Assembly (NCBI GenBank): GCA_012518235.1
Contig: JAAYSY010000245.1
Location: forward strand, 1-56,317
Direction of reading: 5' to 3'
Length of the DNA: 56,317 bases
Origin: Bacteroidales bacterium
GTDB lineage: Bacteria > Bacteroidota > Bacteroidia > Bacteroidales > Bacteroidaceae
Part shown: one piece after another, positions 20,335 to 31,245 of the stretch
How the letters are laid out: each line of letters begins with the position of its first letter
Position numbering within the stretch: position 1 is the first letter of the stretch
Translations under genes and position numbers: made by a program
The notes under the pieces: generated by a model
The model's database searches: none
The model's input: only the letters and a program-made list of their open reading frames with translations
Told to the model about the DNA's origin: nothing

Positions 20335-21732
20335 ATGGCAATTACAAATTTTATAGCAGCTATAGAACTAGGGTCTTCTAAGATACGGGGTATAGCTGGA
20401 ACAAAAAAAATTGATGGAAGCATTCAAATCCATGCTTATGCTGAGATTCCATCCTCAGACTCCATTAAAAAAGGAAAAGTATATAACAGAGACGGTACAA
20501 GCTTAGCCTTAAAAAACATAATAAAAAAGTTAGAAAAAGAACTAGGTGAGACTATAGAAAAAATTTACGTAGGTATTTCAGGACAATCACTTCGTTCAGA
20601 ATACAATAGTATTTCAAGAAGTATAACGTCAGAAGATACTAAAATAGATCAAGAACTAATAGATTCTCTCTGTGACGAAAATCTTGAATTAAAAATCAAT
20701 GATTTAGATATCTTATCTGTTGAACCACAAGAATATAAAATAGGCAATAATCTTGAAATTAACCCTGTTGGTGTTGCTAGCGAACATATAGAAGGGCGTT
20801 ACTTAAATATTGTGGCAAACAGTAATGTGAAAGAATCTATCGAATATTGTTTTAAACAAGCTCATATAAAAATAGAAGATTTACTTGTTACTCCACTAAC
20901 AACAGCAGATATTATATTATCAGAAAAGGAAAAACGAGCTGGATGTGCTTTAATCGACTTTGGTGCAGACACTACAACAATCTCTATTTATAGAGATAAT
21001 ATACTTCGTTTTCTTACTCTTATTCCTTTAGGAGGTGAAAATATAACTAAAGATATTATTTCTCTCCAAATTGATGAAGATGAAGCTGAAACCATTAAGT
21101 TATCTATAGGTAGTGCGTGGTATGATAAAAAAGAAAATGATAAAGAAGAAGAAAAAGCAATACATACACTAGAAGATGGACGTAAAGTCAAAATTGAAGA
21201 CATTCAATTAGCAATAGAGGCTAGATCCGAAGAAATTGTTCTTAATGTTTGGAACCAAATAAAATACTCTGGATACAACGATAAGTTATTAGCCGGACTG
21301 ATTCTAACAGGTGGAGCTAGTAAAATGAACAACCTACACAGATTAATTCAAGAAAAAACAACCATTGGACAAATTAGATTCGCAGAAAGTCCATTAATTT
21401 CTTTTCATAACAGTGATAAGATTAACGGAATTGACAAAACAAAATATGGTATACTAGGACTTCTCAATGCTGGAAAAGAAAACTGTTGCCTAATACCTAT
21501 CACTGACAAACCTGGCGTTTTATTTGATGATAAAGAAGTACTAATTACGAAAGAAGAAGAAAGGAAAAAGAAGGAAGCACAAGAAGAGATTGAACGTAAA
21601 AAATCAAAGGATGAAAAGATAGGAGAAAACAACAAAAACCCAGATAAAAAAGGAGATAACTTCTTCACTAAATTTACACAAAAAGTTGCAAAAGATCTTT
21701 TCGGTAATGAAAACTATGAATCAGAGAAATAA
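20335..21732 (+). CDS. ftsA: Cell division protein FtsA
   Basis: IELGSSKI, IDFGADTT, LGGENITKDI, LTGGAS. Start moved to ATG 20335. Confidence 0.95.
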   Translation: MAITNFIAAIELGSSKIRGIAGTKKIDGSIQIHAYAEIPSSDSIKKGKVYNRDGTSLALKNIIKKLEKELGETIEKIYVGISGQSLRSEYNSISRSITSEDTKIDQELIDSLCDENLELKINDLDILSVEPQEYKIGNNLEINPVGVASEHIEGRYLNIVANSNVKESIEYCFKQAHIKIEDLLVTPLTTADIILSEKEKRAGCALIDFGADTTTISIYRDNILRFLTLIPLGGENITKDIISLQIDEDEAETIKLSIGSAWYDKKENDKEEEKAIHTLEDGRKVKIEDIQLAIEARSEEIVLNVWNQIKYSGYNDKLLAGLILTGGASKMNNLHRLIQEKTTIGQIRFAESPLISFHNSDKINGIDKTKYGILGLLNAGKENCCLIPITDKPGVLFDDKEVLITKEEERKKKEAQEEIERKKSKDEKIGENNKNPDKKGDNFFTKFTQKVAKDLFGNENYESEK

Positions 21733-21743
21733 ATATACCTAAT

Positions 21744-23084
21744 ATGGATACTAATAAAATTGTTAATTTTGATATTCCGAAAGACTCTCCTAAAATAATA
21801 AAAGTAATAGGAGTTGGTGGTGGTGGTGGTAATGCAGTTAACCACATGTATAAAGAGGGAATACATGATGTCACATTTGCTTTATGTAATACCGACAATC
21901 AAGCCTTAGGAGAATCTCCCGTACCTATAAAGGTACAATTAGGACAAACTGTAACTCAAGGACTTGGCGCAGGAAATGTACCTAATAGAGCTAAAGCAGC
22001 TGCAGAAGAAAGTATAGATGATATAAAAGCACTTCTTAGTGATGGCACTAAAATGGTGTTTATCACAGCAGGAATGGGAGGAGGAACAGGAACGGGTGCT
22101 GCCCCTGTAATAGCTCAAACTGCTAAAGATATGGGAATTTTAACCGTGGGTATTGTAACTATTCCTTTCCTGTTTGAAGGTGAAAAGAAGATTATTCAAG
22201 CTCTAGATGGTGTTGAGCAGATAGCAAAACATGTAGATGCTTTACTTGTTATTAATAATGAACAGTTACGTAATATTTATGCTGATCTAACAGTTATGAA
22301 TGCTTTTGCTAAAGCAGATGACACATTATCTGTAGCAGCCAAAAGTATTGCTGAAATTATAACTTTAAGAGGTTATATGAATTTGGACTTTGCCGATGTT
22401 CAAACCATATTAAAAGATGGTGGAGTAGCTATAATGAGTACTGGCTATGGAGAGAACGAAAATAGAGTATCAAAAGCATTAGAAGATGCACTACACTCTC
22501 CACTACTAAATAATAACGATGTGTTTAATGCAAGAAAAGTTATGCTACATGTTTCTTTCGACGGAAAAACGGAAGATGGAAAGCAAGGAAAGGAAGCATT
22601 AAAAATGTCCGAAATGGATGAAATCCATGACTTCATGAGTAGATTTAGTGAAGATGTAGAAGTTATTTGGGGTATGGCCGAAGAAAAAGGACTTGACAAA
22701 AAGATAAAAGTAACTCTTCTGGCTACTGGATTTGGCGTAAAAGATGTTCCTGAAATGGAAAAGCTACATATGAAGCGATCTGAAGAAGATGAAAGAAGTA
22801 GAAGAGCGATTGAAGAAGAAAGAGAAAGAAATAGAAAAAGAATATATGATGCATATGGTGAAGAGGGTTTAGAATTTGGAAAAACACATAGGCATAGAGT
22901 ACGTAATATCTATTACTTTAATTCGGCATCTTTAGATAATGACAACATTATTGCAATGGTTGAGTCAACTCCCACATTCAAACGAACTCAATTAGAGTTA
23001 AATAACATCAAAAATAAATCTGTAGTAGACGAAGCCAACATACAAACTAAAATAGTGGAAAATAACGGAATTATAACATTTTAA
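21744..23084 (+). CDS. ftsZ: Cell division protein FtsZ
   Basis: [19 protein letters not shown] tubulin signature, NLDFADV. Confidence 0.99.
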   Translation: MDTNKIVNFDIPKDSPKIIKVIGVGGGGGNAVNHMYKEGIHDVTFALCNTDNQALGESPVPIKVQLGQTVTQGLGAGNVPNRAKAAAEESIDDIKALLSDGTKMVFITAGMGGGTGTGAAPVIAQTAKDMGILTVGIVTIPFLFEGEKKIIQALDGVEQIAKHVDALLVINNEQLRNIYADLTVMNAFAKADDTLSVAAKSIAEIITLRGYMNLDFADVQTILKDGGVAIMSTGYGENENRVSKALEDALHSPLLNNNDVFNARKVMLHVSFDGKTEDGKQGKEALKMSEMDEIHDFMSRFSEDVEVIWGMAEEKGLDKKIKVTLLATGFGVKDVPEMEKLHMKRSEEDERSRRAIEEERERNRKRIYDAYGEEGLEFGKTHRHRVRNIYYFNSASLDNDNIIAMVESTPTFKRTQLELNNIKNKSVVDEANIQTKIVENNGIITF

Positions 23085-23101
23085 ATATAAAACAAAATAT
23101 T

Positions 23102-23551
23102 ATGAATTTATTCGATACAGTTAGCGAAGACATAAAAAAAGCAATGAAAGCTAAAAATAAAGTTGCACTTCAAACGCTTAGAAATGTAAAAAAAGCATTT
23201 ATTGAGGCTAACACTCAAACTGGAGCCAATGAAGTGCTATCAGATGAGGAAGCTTTACGAATTATTCAAAAGTTAGTAAAGCAAGGAAAAGACTCTGCAA
23301 CTATATATAAAGAACAAGATAGAGAAGATCTGGCTGATGAAGAATTAGCCCAAGTCGAAATCTTAGAAGAATACTTACCTAAACAAATGAGCAAAGAGGA
23401 ACTAAAGGAAGCTCTAAAAAAACTTGTTGATGAATTAAATGCAACATCGATGAAGGATATGGGAAAAGTAATGGGTACAGCAACACAAAAATTTGCAGGT
23501 AAAGCAGAAGGAAGAATGATTTCTCAAATCGTAAAAGAGCTATTAAGCTAA
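23102..23551 (+). CDS. GatB/YqeY domain protein
   Basis: DIKKAMKAK, YLPKQMS, MKDMGKVMG. Confidence 0.93.
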   Translation: MNLFDTVSEDIKKAMKAKNKVALQTLRNVKKAFIEANTQTGANEVLSDEEALRIIQKLVKQGKDSATIYKEQDREDLADEELAQVEILEEYLPKQMSKEELKEALKKLVDELNATSMKDMGKVMGTATQKFAGKAEGRMISQIVKELLS

Positions 23552-23558
23552 TATCTGT

Positions 23559-24287
23559 TCAATCAAATAACTCCTTTAAAACAGAAAGTGTCTTAAAAGG
23601 TGGAAATGTCGGTAAATGAATCCGATAATAATTTTCAATAACTTCAATGCATCGATTTCGCGACTCTCTATTCAGCGCTAATCGATGCATTGTTTCATAA
23701 TTTAACTTAGCTACATGAAGTAAAATTCTTGATTCCAAAGGATCTAAAAAATTACCATGTGACGTAGGTTTAGCTTTCCTAAAAGTTGCAGTTACCATAT
23801 CAAAATATGCACCCTCTTTATATTCGTTTACATTTGGGTATAAACCTATAAAACGACTAAATCGCATTAAAAACACAACATGATAATTAGCTATTTTACC
23901 TTCAGCTCTATCTAACCATTGAAAAGAATATAATAAATAATCAAATAAGACATAACTCCTAGTTTCTTCCTTTAAAACACGATAAAGAAACTCAGCTAAG
24001 AAAAATGCAATAGATGATTTATAAGGATCATAAGGAATATTCATATAGGGATAAAAAACAGTTATTTCATTAATTCGAGGCAAAGCTGATTTTGATCGTA
24101 CACTAGAAACTATACTCACTAAAGCTAAAGGCTGCAATAAATGATATCGAATTTTTGTCTTTTTTGACTTGGGAACCGAAACCACATAAGTTCTTCTACC
24201 ATACTCCTTGGTATATAAGTCAACTATACTTGTTGTATCAGTATGCTTAAATACACGTAATACAATTCCCTCCGTTTTTTCCATCAT
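23559..24287 (-). CDS. recO: DNA repair protein RecO
   Basis: EGIVLR...IVDLYTKEYGR, LQPL, typical length. Confidence 0.9.
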   Translation of the reverse strand: MMEKTEGIVLRVFKHTDTTSIVDLYTKEYGRRTYVVSVPKSKKTKIRYHLLQPLALVSIVSSVRSKSALPRINEITVFYPYMNIPYDPYKSSIAFFLAEFLYRVLKEETRSYVLFDYLLYSFQWLDRAEGKIANYHVVFLMRFSRFIGLYPNVNEYKEGAYFDMVTATFRKAKPTSHGNFLDPLESRILLHVAKLNYETMHRLALNRESRNRCIEVIENYYRIHLPTFPPFKTLSVLKELFD

Positions 24288-24463
24288 AAGCCCTATTTTT
24301 ACACTATATGTAGAGCAAAGCTACAAAAAATAATCACTTTTATAGCACAAAAGATTTATAAAGAAAAAGCATCCACAAGCCACCAATCAATGTTTCACAT
24401 AAAAGAACACACCCAAAATGGAGAGAGTGAAAAAAATATATTTAAACTTTTCTTCTAGAATGT

Positions 24464-24494
24464 TTTGGAATTAAAAAAATAGTGCATACATTTG
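24464..24494 (+). promoter_or_regulatory. Bacteroidetes primary-sigma promoter for tRNA-Glu-rpsT
   Basis: TTTG (24464-24467), 19-bp spacer, TACATTTG (24487-24494). Confidence 0.8.
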
Positions 24495-24559
24495 CATCGC
24501 AGTTCAGAAGTAAAAAGAACTAATGGACTACAAAGTGAGACTTAAAAGGCTCTATTAAT

Positions 24560-24631
24560 GGCCCGTTCGTCTATCGGCTAGGACGCCAGATTTTCATTCT
24601 GGAAAGAGGGGTTCGATTCCCCTACGGGCTA
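24560..24631 (+). tRNA. tRNA-Glu(TTC), CCA not encoded
   Basis: Acceptor GGCCCGT/ACGGGCT, D stem CGTC/GACG, anticodon arm CCAGA-TT TTC AT-TCTGG, T arm AGGGG-TTCGATT-CCCCT. Confidence 0.97.
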
Positions 24632-24673
24632 CAAAAAAGAACAAATTATAACAAATAAAGATTAGTCGCAATT

Positions 24674-24931
24674 ATGGCAAATCACAAATCTTCTATAAAA
24701 AGAATAAGACAAGAGCAAAAAAGAAGACTTCATAACAGATATTTCGGAAAAACAATGAGAAATGCTGTGAAGACTCTTTTAGAAACTACAGATAAAGCAG
24801 AAGCCACTGCGATGTTACCTAATGTAACAAAGATGATTGACAAAGTAGCACAGAAGAATGTGATACATAATAGCAAAGCGAATAACTTAAAATCGCAAAT
24901 AGCTAAACACGTTAATCAGCTAGAAGACTAA
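24674..24931 (+). CDS. rpsT: 30S ribosomal protein S20
   Basis: [13 protein letters not shown]...IDK...NVIH.SKA. Confidence 0.98.
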   Translation: MANHKSSIKRIRQEQKRRLHNRYFGKTMRNAVKTLLETTDKAEATAMLPNVTKMIDKVAQKNVIHNSKANNLKSQIAKHVNQLED

Positions 24932-24966
24932 TAAAACATACACTTTATTACGTTTAATGATACTAC

Positions 24967-24998
24967 AAAAAGCTTGACTACACAGTCAAGCTTTTTTT
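24967..24998 (+). terminator. Intrinsic terminator after rpsT
   Basis: AAAAAGCTTGACT-acac-AGTCAAGCTTTTTTT. Confidence 0.9.
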
Positions 24999-25043
24999 GA
25001 TTTAAATAATCAAGTAAAAATCTTACTCTTAACACACTTTTGG

Positions 25044-25100
25044 TATGCCCTAGTCATTCGACTCACTTGACTAGGACATAACCTCCTTATGTCTAGGTCA
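25044..25100. repeat. 22-bp-period repeat, core TG.CCTAG.CA (copy B)
   Basis: tgccctagtca (25046-25056, forward), tgactaggaca (25068-25078, reverse), tgtctaggtca (25090-25100, reverse). Confidence 0.75.
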
Positions 25101-25154
25101 TTTGAACCTCTTCATATACGTAAAATAGACAGTCTTACATACCATAAATATTGA

Positions 25155-27158
<2,004 letters not shown>

Positions 27159-27195
27159 TTAATAATTTTACAATCCTCACATCTTACAACGAGGG

Positions 27196-27245
27196 AGAGC
27201 CTAATAATAGATTAATAATTTTAATCGTTTATTAGGCTCTTTTTT
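27196..27245 (+). terminator. Terminator hairpin after gyrB
   Basis: AGAGCCTAATAA...TTATTAGGCTCT followed by a T-run. Confidence 0.8.
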
Positions 27246-27458
27246 ATACTATTGATTTAATGCTTATAAGTAAATAAAGCACAGAAATAGGTTGTTCTTA
27301 TCGTTCTGCTTTTCTTAGTAATCTACTACCTACCCCCTAAATTCTTTATATAATAATCACTAGTAGGATAGGAGAACAGTTTTAACATACGCCAATCTTT
27401 ACCTTTGAGATTTATTGATATAAAAAAAGTGTAGTAACAAATGTAACTCCTAACGCAA

Positions 27459-28763
27459 TTATTTAATTTTAGGAAACTCCCATGAGTTATGGTATTTAGG
27501 TTTAATATATTTATTAGCTTTCTTATTATTAAAACTCATGGATAAATCGTCATATACTAAAGGAACACCTCCCATTCTTGCAGATATATTACCTATTTGA
27601 ACATATTTAGCACATAAACTACCTATAGTTATGGGACAAGCTGTTGCTCTATTTTTTGTATCAACACAAGTTAAGAAATTAGTAACATGGTTGAAGTGAT
27701 CTTTATAATCAGCATGCATAGTAAACGGAGGAATAATATTCCCCGATGGAATAACTTCCCAATTATCTCTATCTGCAACTAGAATACCATTAGTACCTCT
27801 AAATAAAACACCATAATGTCTTTCTCCTAATCCTTTTTCCACCGTTGAATTAGACCAATTTATAGTAAAATTATCAAATTGATAAAGCACATTTAATGTG
27901 TCAAAGGTCTCATGCATTCCTTGGGGATAAAGATAGTTACCCCCTATTCCCACTACTTGATTAGGCATAGAGTTAACTTTCATACCCCATAAAGCCATAT
28001 CAAGAAGATGAACTCCCCAATCGGTTAATAACCCTCCCCCATAGTTCCAAAACATACGCCATGCTCCATGAAATTTATTAGGGTTAAAAGGTACTTTAGG
28101 AGTAGGCCCTAACCACATATCAAAATCAACTCCTATTGGAACAGATGTATTATCAACCTGATTATTAATTGCTCCATAATTAAAATTACCCCACACATCA
28201 ACTAAACCTACTTTGCCAAGCTTTCCACTATGTAAGTATTCCACCATTTTTTGCCAATGATCGCTACTTCGTTGTTGTTGTCCTACTTGTACAACTGTAT
28301 TATATCGATTGGCAGCATACTCCATCGCTTTACATTCAGCAATACTGTTAGCTATTGGTTTTTCAACATACACAGATTTTCCTGCAGAACAAGCATCAAC
28401 AAACTGCAAACAATGCCAATGATCGGGAGTTCCAATAATTATAATATCAATATCTTTTCTATCAAGAACAAATCTATAATCTTTATATGTTTTAGGTGTT
28501 TGCTGAAAATTGTTTTTTAATTCTTGTTTTTTAGCTGTTAATATATCATCACACACATCACAAAGAGCCAAACATTCAACGTTTTTATGCTGAAGAAAAT
28601 CAAGTAAATTACTCCAACCCATTGATCGGCAACCAATTAATGCCACGCTAACTTTATCATTAGCAGAACAAGAGCCCATCGCTCTAGCCTGAATTTTGTT
28701 TGACACTAATGCACTTGCTGCAAGCATAGAGCTAGCCTTTAGAAAGCTTCGTCTAGAAATCAT
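27459..28763 (-). CDS. Tat-exported Gfo/Idh/MocA NAD-dependent oxidoreductase
   Basis: SRRSFLK twin-arginine signal, IGCRSMG, TPDHWH, VYVEKP, VGQQQRS, DWGVHLLD. Confidence 0.92.
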   Translation of the reverse strand: MISRRSFLKASSMLAASALVSNKIQARAMGSCSANDKVSVALIGCRSMGWSNLLDFLQHKNVECLALCDVCDDILTAKKQELKNNFQQTPKTYKDYRFVLDRKDIDIIIIGTPDHWHCLQFVDACSAGKSVYVEKPIANSIAECKAMEYAANRYNTVVQVGQQQRSSDHWQKMVEYLHSGKLGKVGLVDVWGNFNYGAINNQVDNTSVPIGVDFDMWLGPTPKVPFNPNKFHGAWRMFWNYGGGLLTDWGVHLLDMALWGMKVNSMPNQVVGIGGNYLYPQGMHETFDTLNVLYQFDNFTINWSNSTVEKGLGERHYGVLFRGTNGILVADRDNWEVIPSGNIIPPFTMHADYKDHFNHVTNFLTCVDTKNRATACPITIGSLCAKYVQIGNISARMGGVPLVYDDLSMSFNNKKANKYIKPKYHNSWEFPKIK

Positions 28764-28777
28764 TTATTACTAGCTTA

Positions 28778-29512
28778 TCAATTTAATTCTCGAACCCAAA
28801 TATTTCTAAAAGCTACACTTGTTCCATGATCTTGTAACATGAGGGGTAACCTTCCATGTGCCTCATATTTTGGAAATCCAATATATTCGGTTGTTCCTTC
28901 TAATATAAAATTATTTTGAACTACTATTCCATTAAATAATACAGTAATCATAGCTGGTTTTTCTAATTTCCCATTGGTTCCAAAAACAGGACTTTTCCAA
29001 ATAATATCGTACACTTGCCATTCCCCATTTTTTGTATAAGCATCAGCAAGTGGAGGATTTTGCTTATAGACACTACCAGCCATTCCATTCACATAGGTTT
29101 TATTATTGTCCATATCTAATATTTGAATTTCATATTTTGATTGAAAAAAAACCCCACTATTACCGCGGTTTTGACCAGAGTATTTTTCAGGATCGGGCGA
29201 TTTATATTCAATGTGTAGTTGAACATCACCAAAATATTGCTTTGTTTTTATACTTCCTGTTCCTGGTTGTACTAATAGCTCTCCATTTTTCACATTCCAT
29301 TGAGGCTCCTTGCCATCTTGGCTCTCCCAAGCTGAGATATCTTTCCCATCAAAAAGTATAATCGCATCAGAAGGAGCTGTAGTATAGCTATAATCTCCAG
29401 GTATAACCTTTGCGGGCTGTGGATTATAATACTCTGTTTCTTGAGGTTTTGTTTGAGCAAAGACAGTTGTAGATAGAATTAATAAAGTAAGTAATAACGT
29501 GTTCTTTTTCAT
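28778..29512 (-). CDS. DUF1080 / 3-keto-disaccharide hydrolase family protein
   Basis: Signal peptide; LFDGKD, GNSGVF, YEIQILD, GEWQ, LQDHG, FRNIWVREL. Start moved to ATG 29512. Confidence 0.9.
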   Translation of the reverse strand: MKKNTLLLTLLILSTTVFAQTKPQETEYYNPQPAKVIPGDYSYTTAPSDAIILFDGKDISAWESQDGKEPQWNVKNGELLVQPGTGSIKTKQYFGDVQLHIEYKSPDPEKYSGQNRGNSGVFFQSKYEIQILDMDNNKTYVNGMAGSVYKQNPPLADAYTKNGEWQVYDIIWKSPVFGTNGKLEKPAMITVLFNGIVVQNNFILEGTTEYIGFPKYEAHGRLPLMLQDHGTSVAFRNIWVRELN

Positions 29513-29874
29513 AGTTTTTTGTTTTATTATTTGCACCCTTTAGCATAGTTATTATATATTTATAGCCCCTAGAATGCTTCTTGTTTTATTCTTTTCTCAT
29601 AAATAGAATGGTAACTTTAGTAAGGGTACTAAAAGTACACATTTTTAAACATAATTAATCAATTTAGCTTAGATTTAAATTTATAAATATATCATATACT
29701 CGTAAGAATAGCGCTTAATCTTTGACATCTTCATTTTAGTCATTATATTACAATAATAGTTTTATGACAATATTAAAGAAGTTTTATTAAAATTTTATTT
29801 TCCAATACAAAAGACAAGAAATACTAATATAAAACCAAAGTGGAAGAAGTACTAATTATGAATTCGTATAAATT

Positions 29875-30192
29875 ATGAAGATTTTAATCGAATATATATC
29901 ACAAGGAATTGCATTTATGAGCATAGCCATAATTATTTATGGTACTATTCTAGCGGTCATACTATTCATAAAGAACCTAATAAACAAAGAGCCTTCGGGC
30001 ATTCGGAAAATCAGGGCTAATTTTGGAGGACATTTATTATTGGGACTTGAGCTACTAATTGGTGCTGATATTATTAAAACTATTATTGAACCTACTTATG
30101 AGGAATTAATTATTCTTAGTGGTATAGTTGTGCTCCGTACTATTCTTTCGGTATTCCTGAATAAAGAAATAAAAGATCTTGACTCAAAATAG
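29875..30192 (+). CDS. DUF1622 small membrane protein
   Basis: Three hydrophobic segments; LLLGLELLIGADIIKTI and IVVLRTILSVFL..EI. Confidence 0.88.
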   Translation: MKILIEYISQGIAFMSIAIIIYGTILAVILFIKNLINKEPSGIRKIRANFGGHLLLGLELLIGADIIKTIIEPTYEELIILSGIVVLRTILSVFLNKEIKDLDSK

Positions 30193-30514
30193 CTGATTGC
30201 TATTTTAGATTAATAATTAATCAAGCTACGACCATAAAAAAACATATTATTAGTAAGAGATGGTAATCTTAGTGCAAAATACTTTTCACTATTCGCAATA
30301 ACAAGGACAAAGGTATAATCAGTCTTTATTGTATTACTTACTTAGTATTTCTCATATCAATTAACTTTAGAACTACATCTTAATTAAGATAGGTACACCC
30401 TAGCTATTTCCTTAAACTATACACTTTTCAAAAATATTATTTGAGATAAAAAAGCTAAGTAAAAAGAATAAAAAACCGATATATAAGGATATCCTAATGC
30501 GATACCCTAACCAC

Positions 30515-30551
30515 AAAAAAAGCCATACTTATAATAAAATAAGTACGGCTT
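30515..30551 (-). terminator. Terminator after the DUF3109 gene
   Basis: On the minus strand AAGCCGTACTTAT-loop-ATAAGTATGGCTT followed by a T-run. The single mismatch is a G-U pair only on this strand. Confidence 0.8.
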
Positions 30552-30578
30552 AAATGATATAAGCATTACAAAAGCAAA

Positions 30579-31160
30579 TTAAATAATACCTTGCTCTTTT
30601 AACTCATCTGCTATTTTAGTTAGTTCAACATACCACTCCTTACCATACTTACGTATTAAAGGAGCTTCTAAAAACTTATAAAGCGGCATATTTTCTTTAT
30701 TTCCTTTGCATAAAGCACCACTACAAACATGCCAACGATGGTAATTAGCAAATTCATAACTACCTGATTTATCAATACGCAGAGGATACAAGTGACATGA
30801 AATAGGTTTATAAAAAGATGTTTTACCCTCTCTATATGCTTTTTCAATAGCACAATAACAAATACCCTCCTCATCGTAACAGGTAAAAACACAATCTTTA
30901 CGACCAACCAAAGAAGTAACTATATCTCCATCAATATCATTATAAACCACACCTTGCTTCTCTATAACCTTTTTCGCAGCATCAGATAAGTCATCCCAAA
31001 TAATAGGCAACACCTCATTAAGCTCCTCCACTTCATCTTGCTCTACAGGTGCTCCTGCATCTCCTTCAACACAACAAATTCCTTTACAATGCGACAAGTC
31101 ACAAAAAAAATTCTCTTTGAAAATATCTAAAGATATAATTACATTTCCTATCTCTATCAT
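30579..31160 (-). CDS. DUF3109 Cys-rich protein
   Basis: FFCDLSHCKGICCVEGDAGAP, CVF, CAIE, KPISCHLYP. Confidence 0.88.
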   Translation of the reverse strand: MIEIGNVIISLDIFKENFFCDLSHCKGICCVEGDAGAPVEQDEVEELNEVLPIIWDDLSDAAKKVIEKQGVVYNDIDGDIVTSLVGRKDCVFTCYDEEGICYCAIEKAYREGKTSFYKPISCHLYPLRIDKSGSYEFANYHRWHVCSGALCKGNKENMPLYKFLEAPLIRKYGKEWYVELTKIADELKEQGII

Positions 31161-31176
31161 CTTGAAACTTTTAAGT

Positions 31177-31208
31177 AAAAATATGCTCTTGCAAAATGCA
31201 AGAGCATA
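31177..31208 (-). terminator. Hairpin/terminator after gpmI
   Basis: TATGCTCTTGCA-aaa-TGCAAGAGCATA with an adjacent A-run. Confidence 0.7.
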
Positions 31209-31245
31209 CTATAAATATATTAAACAATATCTAACAAAGATCAGC

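Noticed and set aside
21815-21831. (GGT)5 microsatellite
   Set aside because: Encodes the conserved FtsZ GGGGGN motif.
7787-23084. murF and ddl missing from the dcw cluster
   Set aside because: Usual in Bacteroidetes, where these genes lie elsewhere; no sign of a deletion scar.
24560-24673. tRNA-Glu as a possible integration site
   Set aside because: No integrase and no duplicated tRNA 3' end seen; rpsT follows directly.
27400-30315. Orphan TACCTTTG elements at 27400-27407 (+) and 30308-30315 (-) pointing into the accessory patch
   Set aside because: A six-base AT-rich motif is expected roughly every 1-2 kb per strand at this composition, so it is not supportable without TSS data.
30193-30514. 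Possible pseudogene in the AT-rich spacer
   Set aside because: Only short open frames without recognisable motifs.
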